From the human T2T-CHM13v2.0 reference genome, Homo sapiens, in NCBI RefSeq assembly GCF_009914755.1, contig NC_060945.1: 64,000 nucleotides of DNA. The stretch is one strand, 5' to 3'. Shown one piece after another: positions 15,001 to 25,859 of the stretch (the first letter of the stretch is position 1; every line of letters begins with the position of its first letter). The notes below the pieces were generated by a model. That model ran no database searches, was not told the DNA's origin, and saw only the letters and a program-made list of their open reading frames with translations. Position numbers and translations under genes: made by a program.

Positions 15001-16590
15001 GACTGTGGCTGTCCTAAGACGTTTTGTCACCTACAGATAATTGTTGTCTCATTTTAGTCCTCTTTAGAAGGTGGTTTTATAGTCAGCTACAGAACTCCAA
15101 CAGGTACACTTGAATACAGATTTCTGATAACTTTAGAGACTGTGACATCAGAACAGAGAAAACAACTTCCAGAAGTCTCATGGAGAGCTAAAATGTTCAT
15201 GAATATCAAGCAGAACAGAAATTAACTTCATGGAATAAACTGAAGAAGTCTAAAGTAATCCGTTTATCTTTTTGCTTAAAACATTGCTGATTCTTTGTTT
15301 TGTTTTTCAGAATGAAGGAAATTTTTCTTTAGAGCTATTTACAGCCTTTGACAATTGAGTAGAGTATACTCCTGTGAACAAAATTTGGAGCATATTTGTT
15401 TCTCTCTAGCTGATTTCTCCAGAATTTGGAAACACATATTTGTGAGTATTCTTAATTTATGGTTATATGGTTATTTGCATAAGTTCAGTAAGAATCTGTT
15501 TTCTTTTGCAGCAGGACACCATTGGAGAAACTGGTTATTTTACCACAGCTTTGTCTGGAATGGTGTGTTTTCCTTTAAGGAATCAAACTTGACTTGTAAA
15601 GCCTATAAAAGCCCCTGGGAACCTGGCCTTACACCTTGTCTACCATAGTCCCTTATAGGGTTTGTGACCTGTGGTAAGTGAAGAATGTCACTCTCTAACA
15701 GGTCCAGGAGCCCCAAGTTATCTTGGGACCCCAAGAGGAGAGGAATTTACTCAACTCATAGATATTTGAAGGTGCAAACCCATGTCTGGGCTGGGCTCTT
15801 AAAAAGTCTTACCTACGAGTCCTTCTATGGAGCAGAGTTCCATCAAAGACAATTTAAAAAGAGTTTATGTAACAAAATAATTATTCTTTCTGCCATTTAT
15901 ACAAATAATCAGGCCAAGTATAATAAAGCCAATAAGTCTTATCATGATTTGTCTTTAGTAAAAATGAAAAACTGGAGAGAGAAATATTATGTTTCCAGAA
16001 CTATGGTACAGTTGTTATTAAATTCTCATCTCATCAGTTGTTTATAACTTTGTTTCTGCAATGTAGGCTAACCCTACTTATTCTTGCGTACCAACCAGTG
16101 ATCTCTAACTGCTGCTCAGAAAAAACAAGAAGGATGGGTAATGTAAAAATCTAAATCAGTTAATTCTGGGCACATTGCAAATAGCTAGCAACCCCACATC
16201 AGCTTGGTTCCACCTGTTGCCCAGTTCATGAAAAGTCTTCTAATTTAGTTTGTTTGGGATAATTTTACTTGTTTTGCTTTATTCTTGTGGAATATATTGC
16301 TGTTGTACTCTTGGTATAGGAATGCAGAATAAGCTTACTAAATGTTTTCTTAAATTGAACACTTAATTAATCTCCCAGATATCACCTTTTGTCAGAACTC
16401 AAGAGTTATAAATGACCCTCAGCATACCAACTCTTTCTAACTGAGCTCCTCTCTACCCTGAACACAAGAGACCCTAATGGTTAGGCAGGAATATCATCGC
16501 CCGTATTCAGCCTGAAGATGTTACAGAAGATGGATCTTCATCCCTCAGCAACCCTTAGGATTAAGAGTTTTCTTATAAAAGTGGGGGAAA
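12051..16590 (+). mobile_element. MER41-type (ERV1, MER4 group) internal region, non-coding
   Basis: Lies between the two LTRs; PBS-like tggtgaccac at the 5' end; gggttagag repeats; polypurine tract aaaagtgggggaaa before the 3' LTR; no gag/pol/env ORF. Confidence 0.8.
13197..13487 (-). mobile_element. AluY inside the ERV internal region
   Basis: AluY diagnostics (gcaagctc, ttagccaggatggtctc); TSD ctaagtattttt. Confidence 0.9.
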
Positions 16591-17130
16591 TAGCAGAGGC
16601 GTTTGAAGCAGAGCTACTCCATCTTGAATAGGAGCTGGGTTAAATAAGGGTGAGATCTACTGGGCTGCATTTCCAGATGGTTAAGGCACTCTAAGTCTCA
16701 GGATGAGACAGGAAGTTGGCACAAGATACAGGTTATAAAGACCTTGCTGATAAAACAGGTTGCAGTAAAGATGCCAGCTAAAACCCAGCAAAACCAAAAT
16801 GGAGACGAGAGTGACCTCTGGTCATACTCACTGCTACATTCCCACCAGCGCCATGACAGTTTACGGATGCCATGGAAGCATCAGGAAGTTACCCTTTATG
16901 GTCTAAAAAGGGGAGACAGGAATAATTCACCCCTTGTCTAGCATATACTCAAGAAATTACCATAAAAATGGGCAACCAGCAGCCCTCGGGGCTGCTCTGC
17001 CTATGGAGTAGCCGTTCTTTTATTCCTTTGCTTTCCTAATAAACTTGCTTTCACTTTAAAGACTTGTCCTGAATTCTTTCTTGTGCAAGATCTAATAACT
17101 CTCTCTTGCGTCTGGATTGGGACCTCTTTC
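16591..17130 (+). mobile_element. MER41 (MER41A-like) 3' LTR
   Basis: gaggcgtttgaagcagagctactccatcttgaatagg... matches MER41 as recalled; AATAAA at about 17038; terminal ctgtaaca missing. Confidence 0.85.
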
Positions 17131-17559
17131 AGGTGTCCATCAGCAGTGGATTGGATAAAGAAAATATGGTACGTATACACGATGAAATACTTAGAGCCAT
17201 AAAAAAGAACAAAATCAAGTTCTTTGCAGCATCAGGAATGCAGCTGGAGGCTATCATCCTAAGTGAATTTAAAGCAGGAACAAAAAAAACAAATACCATA
17301 TCTTGTTACTTACAAGTGGGAGTTAAACATTTGGTACTTATGGGCATGCAGATGGCTACAATAAACAATGGGAACTTCTAGAGTGGGGAGAGAAGAAAGG
17401 GGCAAGGATTAAAAACTGGTTGGGTACTATACTCAGTACCTAAGTGATGGGATCAATTGTACCCCAACCCTCAGCATCATGCAATATACCCATGTTATCA
17501 ACCTGCACATGTGTCACTTGAATCTAAGATAAAAGTTGATTTTTTATTTTCAAAAAAGA

Positions 17560-18460
17560 AGGCGAACAATACATAGGAAATTACCAATACTAATAACTAC
17601 TTTGGGAATACGTAAAAAAATTCAACTTTAGTATCAATAAAAATATAACAATAATGAGGGAAAAATAAACACTAAACAAAAGATTCCATGGGTATGGCCA
17701 ATAAACATAAAAAAGGTGTATAAAAATCACTAGTCACCAAATAAATGCAACTTAAAACCACAGTGAGATGCCACTTAGCAAATGGCTGAAAGAAATATGG
17801 CAAATGTTGGTGACGATGGAGTTCGTAGGCGTCTAGGAAATTGCTGGTGGGATAGTAAAATAATGAAACTAACTTTGGAAAACTGTTTGGCAATTTCTAA
17901 TTTAGTTGAGCATATGCCGACTCTATGGTCCAGAAATTTCATTCATGGTTTTCTTCCCCCCGAGAAAAAACTAAAAACATATGTTCACAAAAAGAAACTG
18001 GAACAATCAATATTCATTGTGCTCTATTTTTTAAATCTTGAGAAAATTTGATGTCAGTCAATAGATGAAAGAATACACACATTGTGATATTATTAACAAA
18101 AGGGAATATACGGCACCAATAAAATGAATAAAACATATCACCACATGAAGCTTTTCGAAAACATTAAGTTGAGTGAAAAAAGATGCATATGATAAAAAAA
18201 ATGTATGATTTCATTTTTATGAAGTTCTAGAAGAAGCAAGTTAATGTATGGTGATAGCAATCACTACAGTAGCTGTGTCTGGGGTCAGGAATTGATTTAA
18301 GAAAGGAACATGAGTGAATTTTCTGGAGTGAAGAAATTTTCTGTATTTTGATCAGGTAGTCATTACACAGGTGTGTATATTCATCAAAGACAACAAGCTC
18401 TACCCTTTGAAATATGTGCATTTCATGGTATGTAAATATTGATTGAATAAAAAATATTAT
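17560..18460 (+). mobile_element. Old L1 (L1M-type) 3' portion
   Basis: aaatgcaacttaaaaccacagtgagatgccac...aactttggaaaactgtttggca and an L1M-like 3' UTR ending in aataaa. Confidence 0.7.
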
Positions 18461-18604
18461 TTAAAAACAGAGGTATTCTTATAGATATACCTCTGCTTAA
18501 AAATATTTAATGGCTTCTTGTTGGTTTTAGAAGAATGTCTGCAACACCAAATTACAACTCTAAGGACCTGCCTAGAATGGCTCCAAAATACCTCTGTGGC
18601 CTAA

Positions 18605-18981
<377 letters not shown>

Positions 18982-19552
18982 CACATCTCAAAACTTTTGT
19001 CCTAGAAACACTTCTGGTACCACTTACTGATTCCATACTTATTGTTTCAATCTCTTTTAAATGTTAGTCCTCTGAGAAACATTTCCTGACTTCTAAGACT
19101 AAGTAAAGTTCCCTTGATGTATATTATTTTAGCAAAAAACCAGCTCATTATTTTTGTAATTAAACAATTGTTTAATATTTACTTCATCTGTTAGACTTTC
19201 AGCCCAGCTAGAACAGAGACCACGCGTTTTCTTAATTCATTTATTATGGAGTAATGAATGAATATAATCTTATTTTTAAAAATATATTCAGCAATATATT
19301 TCCACAGCAAAGATTCTGGTTCATGGTAAAGGCTGAATAAATATATTGTGAAAAAGGGTGGTACTGACAAAACATTTGACGATGTATTCTGAGACATGAC
19401 TAATAAAAAACAGTCAAACAAACATGGGGTCAGGGTGTTGAGGAGGACAAAGCTGCTCTCTGTAGCCACTCATGAGGTATGCATTAATGAATAGAAATTG
19501 TTGAAATCAAATGCCTAGAAATGATTTGTGAGAGAATTTCCTGGAAAACTGG

Positions 19553-19935
19553 TTACATTAAGTCTTGGAAATCAGAACTGCAAACCAGTTGGTAGGCAGA
19601 TGACCAGTAGCTTCTAAGATTATAATTGCATGGGCAGTAGTTGCTTGGGAACTAAACTCCTGGGTTCAAAATGCATAGCGCAAGCATCTGTCAAAGTATG
19701 CAGCAGGAGGAAGCTGGAAGAATGGAGGCAACTAGATGTAGTCCAAATAAGTGCCAGCCGATTTCCTGTTAATCATGTAGAATGGGATCAACTTGGTGAC
19801 AATCAGAAGACTGTAATTCACTATGCTATATGCAGTTGCTGAAATAGAGAATAAAAGCTGCATTCTGGGAAATTTAGAGTGTTGCTAGAGATTTGGAATG
19901 GGAGAGGGTGGATGTTTCCTAACTGGTAATGACAT
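19553..19935 (-). pseudogene. Highly decayed KRTAP13-like pseudogene
   Basis: ATG TCA start; GN; YFSN-AYS; HQVDPILHD*QEIGW (cf. [16 protein letters not shown]); C-terminus NYCPCNYNLRSYWSSAYQLVCSSDFQDLM*. TATAAA lies 87 nt upstream, with a relic of the family promoter motif. Confidence 0.75.
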
Positions 19936-20016
19936 GATATCAACTCAGGAGTTACAAGTCTCTCGTGATAAAATAATAAAACTTTCTTGTTTTGACTATC
20001 AGCTAGAAATGGTACC

Positions 20017-20044
20017 TTTATATAATAACCGGGGCAATTGTGGT
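20017..20044 (-). promoter_or_regulatory. Relic TATA box and KRTAP13 promoter motif of the 19.6-kb fossil
   Basis: The + strand reads tttata...gcaattgtggt, versus tttata...gcaataggtgtggt in front of KRTAP13-3. Confidence 0.55.
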
Positions 20045-20168
20045 ATAAGTTCAGAGTCCCCATCATTGAGTTTTGATCATTTGTTTGTGAGCACTCTATT
20101 ATACTGCTATCTATCTGTGATCAATCTATCTTTGAGTTATTTTCTAAATTTGCATGTTTACTAGTTTT

Positions 20169-21155
20169 GGTAGGCAGAATAATGGCTCCTAAAAGATGTT
20201 CAAATTCTAAATTCTGGAATTTGTAAATATGTTCCTTCACATGGCAAAGAAGAATTAAAGTTACAGATGAAATTAAGCTTGCTAAAACAGGGTGAGTATC
20301 TTGGATTACCCAGCCGAACCCAATGTAATTGTAAGTATGAAGTGGGAGGTAAAGGCAGAAAAGTAGGTCTAAGCGATCCACTATGAAAATGATTGGACTC
20401 ACCACTGCTGTCTTTGGAGACAGAGGAATGGGACCATGAACCAAAAAATGTAGGTGGCCTCTAGAACATCCATCTCCAAACTTTTTGGTACCAGGGACAG
20501 GTTTCCTGAAAGAGTTTTTCCACAGATTGGAGCAGGTGGGGAGGGATGGTTTGGGGATGATTCAAGCACATTCCATTTATTGTGCACTTTATTTCTATTA
20601 TTATTACATTGTAATATATCATGAAATAACAATACAACTCACCAGAATGTAGAACTGGTGGGAGACCTGGGCTCGTTTTTCTGCAAATAGATGGTCCCAT
20701 CTTCAGATGATGGAAGACAGATCATCAGGCATTAGATTCTCATAAGGAATGCGCAACCAAGATCTCTCGCATGTGCAGTTCACAACAGGGTTTGTGCTCT
20801 GATGAGAATCTAATGCTACTGCTGATCTGACAGGAGGTGGAGCTCAGGCAGTAACAATTGCTCAACTGCCACTCACCTCCTGCTGGGCTGCCTGGTTCCT
20901 AACATGCCATGGACCAGTACCAGTTCATGGCCCGGAGGTTGGGGACACCTTCTCTAGAATCTGTAAAAAGCAAGGAAATAGATTCTCCCTTAGAGCCTCT
21001 GGAAAGAAACTCAGCCCTGCTAATACTTTGATTTAGCCCAGTGAGGTCATCAATTCATCAGATTTTGACCTACAGAATTAAAAGATAATAAATTTGTATT
21101 GCTTAAAACTCTAAGTTTAATCTAATTTGCTATGGCAGTAATAGGAAACCAAGAT
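20169..21155 (+). mobile_element. MLT1 (MaLR) LTR interrupted by MER1
   Basis: tggtaggcagaataatggc start; gattctcccttagagcctct...ataataaatttgtattg end. Confidence 0.75.
20467..20951. mobile_element. MER1 (hAT-Charlie) DNA transposon
   Basis: MER1-like body and ggttggggac terminus; 8-bp TSD ctctagaa at 20459-20466 and 20952-20959. Confidence 0.85.
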
Positions 21156-22003
21156 TAAAGTGTATTCCTGAAAGCCAGAAAACCATTCCTGCATCTGCAA
21201 TTTGGAGACAGTAACAGAGGAAACCTCAGCCTGGCCAATAAGCTATAGGTGCTCCTCATTAAACCCTTACCATTGCCTATGTTTTGGGGATATAAGGCTT
21301 GATCATTACTCTTGAGTAAATATTATGAGCATGGGACTAACTAGAATCACTAAAATTCAAAAAATCCATGAAGTTATAAAAAGGACCAAGTTTATAGAGG
21401 ATTTCACAGTTTGTCATTTTAATTTTTGTAACTCAATCACTGATAATTTTTCCTATGCATTTTCTTTCATTATTCCTTATTTCTTTCCTCTAACTATATA
21501 AGCACCATGACTATTTCCTAAACATGATGGAGGAGAAGGAGGAGGGAGAAGAAGAAGAAGAGGAAAATAGGGAGCAAATGACGGAAGTGAGGAGATAAGA
21601 GAAAATGTCACAGCTGGATAGATCCAATAAAATAAATTGGGTGGAATAAAGTAGTTCTACTCACAGCTCTACAATAACTTGCTGAGTAACATTTTAAAAT
21701 TCTATCTAACGCTACTGTTTCCATTTCCACCTCTGTAGAATAAGAATATTGAAGTCGATGAACTCTACAGCTCTCTTTATATTTCATATTTTATCACATT
21801 CGCAGTAAAAGAGGAAGAGAACATGATGAGATGACTGTTATGTACTTATAAGACTAAGTTTTTTGCGAAGTGTCTAATAATCTGCATTATATTTCTAATT
21901 TCAGAGAATGTTAGAAGATCTTATAAAATAAAGAATAGGAAAATACTTGAACATTGCTTGTTTTATATAAATATTATGTCTCCCATTACCATCGTATTGT
22001 CTT

Positions 22004-22669
22004 AGTACCTTACTTTTTATAACACTTGGATGTAAGAGAGCAGAACAGCATAAGTACAGTCTATCCAATTTTATTTCAAGATACGACAAAAAACAATCAT
22101 TTTTGATGATAGTAAAGGCTTCAGAGTTTTCAATTAGATTCAGTTTATATTTTGGCAAAGAACCCAGGTACAACTAACACCTGCTGAGCCTACTTCCTTC
22201 CCATCAAAGTTTGTTGCCTGCCTTTTTAAACAAATGGAGATCATTTGAGCAGATTGAAAACAGTAATTGGGGTTCAGGGATTTAGCTAATTAAAAATAAG
22301 TGATACTCCTGCACTATGATACCTGAAGCTCATAGGTGCTCTTTTCTAAACATTTACATCCATGTGTTAGTCTTCCATTTTAATATACTTCATGAACAGG
22401 CCTAATCATATAAGTATGAATTTTGTTCATGTACTCTTCAAACTTTTCTGTTACATTCTGTCCTTAGAGATGCATGGCATATTCAAGGAATGAACAAGGA
22501 TAGTCAATGCTCTTAATACTATCAGTAACTTACTTTTTATAACGCTTTGATGTGAGAGAACAGAACAGTATAAATACAGCCTATCCAATTTTATTTCAAG
22601 ATACAACCCAAACAATCATTTTTGATGATTCTGATGAAAGGTTATCATCAAAAATGATAGCAAAGGCTA
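22004..22669. repeat. ~110-bp local direct duplication (22004-22120 / 22524-22669)
   Basis: cttactttttataac...ctatccaattttatttcaagatac...aacaatcatttttgatgat is present twice, 520 bp apart. Confidence 0.9.
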
Positions 22670-22909
22670 TCTTAACTATCCTGACGAGGATACTTAAGAG
22701 AAAGGCTATCCTTGGAAACTGTGAGAATCCCGGAAACTCCTGCTTAAAGAGGAGGAAAATATCTAAAGCCCAACCAAAATTAGTGTGGAGATCCCACAAT
22801 CTGGGCATTGCAAAGCCCATTACCAGAAGCAATGACAATGCACATCCTAGACAATGCTTTACTAATAAATAGCAATATTAACAGCACATTTGGACAGAAG
22901 AATAAAGAG

Positions 22910-22915
22910 TTTATT
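22910..22915 (-). terminator. Putative poly(A) signal of KRTAP13-3
   Basis: First AATAAA on the - strand after the stop codon (~355 nt downstream). Confidence 0.65.
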
Positions 22916-23004
22916 AAAATAAAATCTTTTTCACTTCCTATCTCTTTTGGAAAGAAATACAAAAACTATAAATTATATCTATAATGCAGTTTGGATCACT
23001 CATT

Positions 23005-23074
23005 GATCCAATGGCTTCAGATATCTGAATTATAAAATCCATGCCTTCCCTTCCCAGAGTTATAGATCCAGATT
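23005..23074 (+). repeat. Inverted copy of the KRTAP13-3 coding segment 23353-23422
   Basis: 67 of 70 nt identical to the reverse complement of 23353-23422. Confidence 0.95.
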
Positions 23075-23270
23075 GATCCAGTTATAGATTATTCATTGAT
23101 CCAAACTGCAGTTTGACAGAACTAACATACAACCCAGTTTTTGAGGGCTGGAAAGTAAGGAAGACCTGGTGATCAATAATATTAGAATACTTCTCAAAGG
23201 AAGAAATTAACAGATGACCTTACTAAAGAATATGCATTTCTCAAATGAGTTTTACCAGTCACCACATTAG

Positions 23271-23789
23271 TCAGTAGAAACCAGATCTACAGAATGGCTG
23301 ATAACAAGATGAATGGAACCACCTTCTAGGTGGAAAATAGATTGGATGGCAGAATCTGGATCTATAACTCTGGGAAGGGGAGGTATGGATTCTATAATTC
23401 AGATATCTGAAGCCATTGGATCCACAGCCCAGTGAGGAGCAGCTCCTGGATCCACAGCTCAGGGAGCAGCAGCTATTGGATCCAAAACCCCGAGACCCAA
23501 CATGCATAGTCAGGCAAGAATTGCAGAGCATGTGAGTCCTGGGGTAGTAGCAGGAGGTGTGGCAGGGGCTGGACTCAACACACAATGTCTGACAGCTGTT
23601 GGGCCTCCAGCAGGTCTCCTGACAGCCCCTATAGAGAGAGGAACCCAGCTGGCAGGTGCTGGGAGAGCAGAGGTCAGTGCTGTAGACCAGGTTGCTGGGG
23701 TAGGAAGAGCCACAGGAGGAGCCTGGGTAGTGCAAGTAACCCCCGTGGGAGCAGGAGGAGAAGTTTCTAGAGCAACAGTTGTAGGACAT
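23271..23789 (-). CDS. KRTAP13-3: Keratin-associated protein 13-3 (172 aa, PMG/high-sulfur family)
   Basis: Intronless ORF MSYNCCSRNFSSCSHGGYLHYP...CRSGFY; Cys/Ser rich; 10-aa GS repeats; TATA and poly(A) signals present. Confidence 0.95.
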   Translation of the reverse strand: MSYNCCSRNFSSCSHGGYLHYPGSSCGSSYPSNLVYSTDLCSPSTCQLGSSLYRGCQETCWRPNSCQTLCVESSPCHTSCYYPRTHMLCNSCLTMHVGSRGFGSNSCCSLSCGSRSCSSLGCGSNGFRYLNYRIHTSPSQSYRSRFCHPIYFPPRRWFHSSCYQPFCRSGFY

Positions 23790-23867
23790 GTTGACGGGAA
23801 GATGTGAGTTCAGCTGAGTGTACCTGGGAAGATTCTGAGTTTTAACGTGGCATCCTGGACAGTGTCA

Positions 23868-23893
23868 TTTATATCCTCTCAGCAATAGGTGTG
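23868..23893 (-). promoter_or_regulatory. KRTAP13-3 TATA box and CACACCTATTGCT motif
   Basis: TATAAA 84 nt upstream of the ATG; motif identical to that of KRTAP13-4. Confidence 0.8.
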
Positions 23894-25018
23894 GTGCACA
23901 GCAGAGTCATCCCTCACATTTTTGTGCTCCCTCATTTACATATGTGTAGCTCAGCAATCTTGCCTGTAATCGCATTTGAATACTTTTCCACATGTTGTAT
24001 TTATGCGTGCTATAATTTTGGTGTTATAGCACAAAGCCAATGAACTGCACTTATGCCAGAAATGCTATGACTGTTTCGTATTAATATTTATTTTATTATG
24101 TCTAGGAAAGCACCTCCTTTTCCTCCTAGCATAATTTTCATGTGTCTTGTTATTGGCTGTTATGGGCAATAATTTTCCCTAAACAGTGAGAAATGAGATA
24201 AAGTTACATGTCTTTTTTGTCAATGGATTAGAGACACAACTTTGGCCTTAATGAGAAACCTGCTGAAAACTAAACCTACATGTCACCATCCTTTCTCATT
24301 CCACAAAAGTTTCCTTCATCTATTATGTACTGTTACTCACTGTGTCTCACATCCAGTGTAGAGGGAAAAGTATGAGCCAAGACAAATTGAATAACATTGA
24401 TGCCTATGACCAGAAGGAAACCTGGACAATTATTTGGAGACATGGTGACAGCAAGGGATGGAACTGAGACAATCACAAATGAAAAACAATTCTGGGGCCT
24501 TATGAAGAGAATTAAAGTGTTAAATAAACACACACCATTGAAATGACAGAAAAAAATAAATGAATTTTAGATTCAATGCATCTAATATGAGGCCCATGGT
24601 CCTAAGAGATTCTCATTCATATGTGTGGCAGCCTGGAGAATTCTCATCTCGGATCTTAAATTACAGGAGGCTTAAATAACCAGTGGTCCTACCTGCTGTG
24701 TTCTAAAAGTTAACACTGCATTTTTGGGGAAGCCTTGCTTTCTCTGGGCTGCTCCCAAGCAAAGACTGAGCACAGTGGGATATAGGAATTCCTGGAAGAC
24801 AATTGACGGCCAGCTTTGACTCAGGGTTTCCTCAACGGCCTTAAAGAACTACTGTCTCCTGCATAGGTCTCAAGCACTTCTTTCTCTTTCTCCTTCACTT
24901 GGGCCAGACCTATGTCCAAATCTTACAACTCTCCCAGCCTCTCTCAGGGGAGACTCTGGAAAGAGAAAAAATGCAGAAAATCTGTAAATATTTAATCTTG
25001 TTTATACTTTTTAAAAAG

Positions 25019-25395
25019 TGATACTGTTTGGATTTGTGTCCCTGCCCAAATCTCAGGCCAAATTGTAATCCCCAGTGTTGGGGAAGGCCTGGTGGGAGAT
25101 GATTGGATCATGGGGGTGGATTTCCCCCTTGCTGTTCTCGTGCTAGTGAGTTAGCTCTCATGAGATCTGGTTGTTTAAAAATGTGTAGCACTTCCCCCTT
25201 CACTCTTTCTACTGCTTCCCTTGTAGGACTGCCTGCTTCTCCTTCATTTTCTGCCATGATTGTAAGTTCCCTGAAGCCTCCCCAGCCGTGCTTCGTGTAC
25301 AGCCTGCAGAACTGTGAGTCAATTAAACCTCTTCTCTTTATAAATTACCCAGTCACAGGTAGTAGTTTATAGCAGTGTGAGAATAGACTAATATA
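25019..25395 (+). mobile_element. MSTA-like MaLR solo LTR
   Basis: tgatactgtttggatttgtgtccc...gactaatata; TSD aaaag. Confidence 0.85.
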
Positions 25396-25859
25396 AAAAG
25401 TAAACCAATTTTTTGAAGGATAGCAAAAAATTTAAACTGAACATTTTATCTTGAGTATGCCAATCAGGGTAAACAAAAAAAAAAATTATTTCAGTTGTTC
25501 AATGATTTAGAGAAACAATAAACAAACTTTTGAGTTTAGTTTTGGAGCTTATGTTCAGACTGTCTCCAGGTAATATCTGCTAAAACTCATTTTTTCAGCC
25601 ATCTCCACCTTAGTTAGACTAGATCTACACCATTCTCCTATTATTTCACGTGTGAGTTGATGTCTTTTATCAAGATTGGTAAATTCCCAACTGTACTCTC
25701 TTCAAATATTGTTTCTGCCCCATCCTGTCATCTTTCTTTTGCTTAGATTCCAATTATAAGCAAGGTACACTTTTTAACTACATTACATATGGCTTATACT
25801 CTTTTTTCTATTTTCAATCTTTATATAGAAGTATTGGCTTTTGCTTATTGAGGTTGTAA

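Larger units (their letters stand above)
6566..17540 (+). mobile_element. Near full-length, dead primate L1 (L1PA15-16/L1PB era), interrupted by an Alu and a MER41 ERV
   Basis: GC-rich 5' UTR at about 6570-7200; ORF1 remnant (DKEFKAWMARKLNEIQ); ORF2 remnants ([16 protein letters not shown]); 3' end at 17131-17540. Many stops and frameshifts. Confidence 0.9.

Noticed and set aside
15355-16047. 97- and 120-aa ORFs in the ERV internal region
   Set aside because: No gag, pol or env motifs; chance ORFs in a non-coding MER4-group interior.
16591-17130. Interferon-inducible MER41 enhancer
   Set aside because: The tandem GAS (TTCCNGGAA) segment is absent.
22552-22872. 106-aa ORF downstream of KRTAP13-3
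   Set aside because: GTG start, runs through a duplicated and hairpin region, no family similarity.
23502-23807. Antisense and alternate-frame ORFs over KRTAP genes (also 28059, 28406, 34474, 38183)
   Set aside because: Shadow ORFs expected from GC-rich Cys/Ser/Gly codons.
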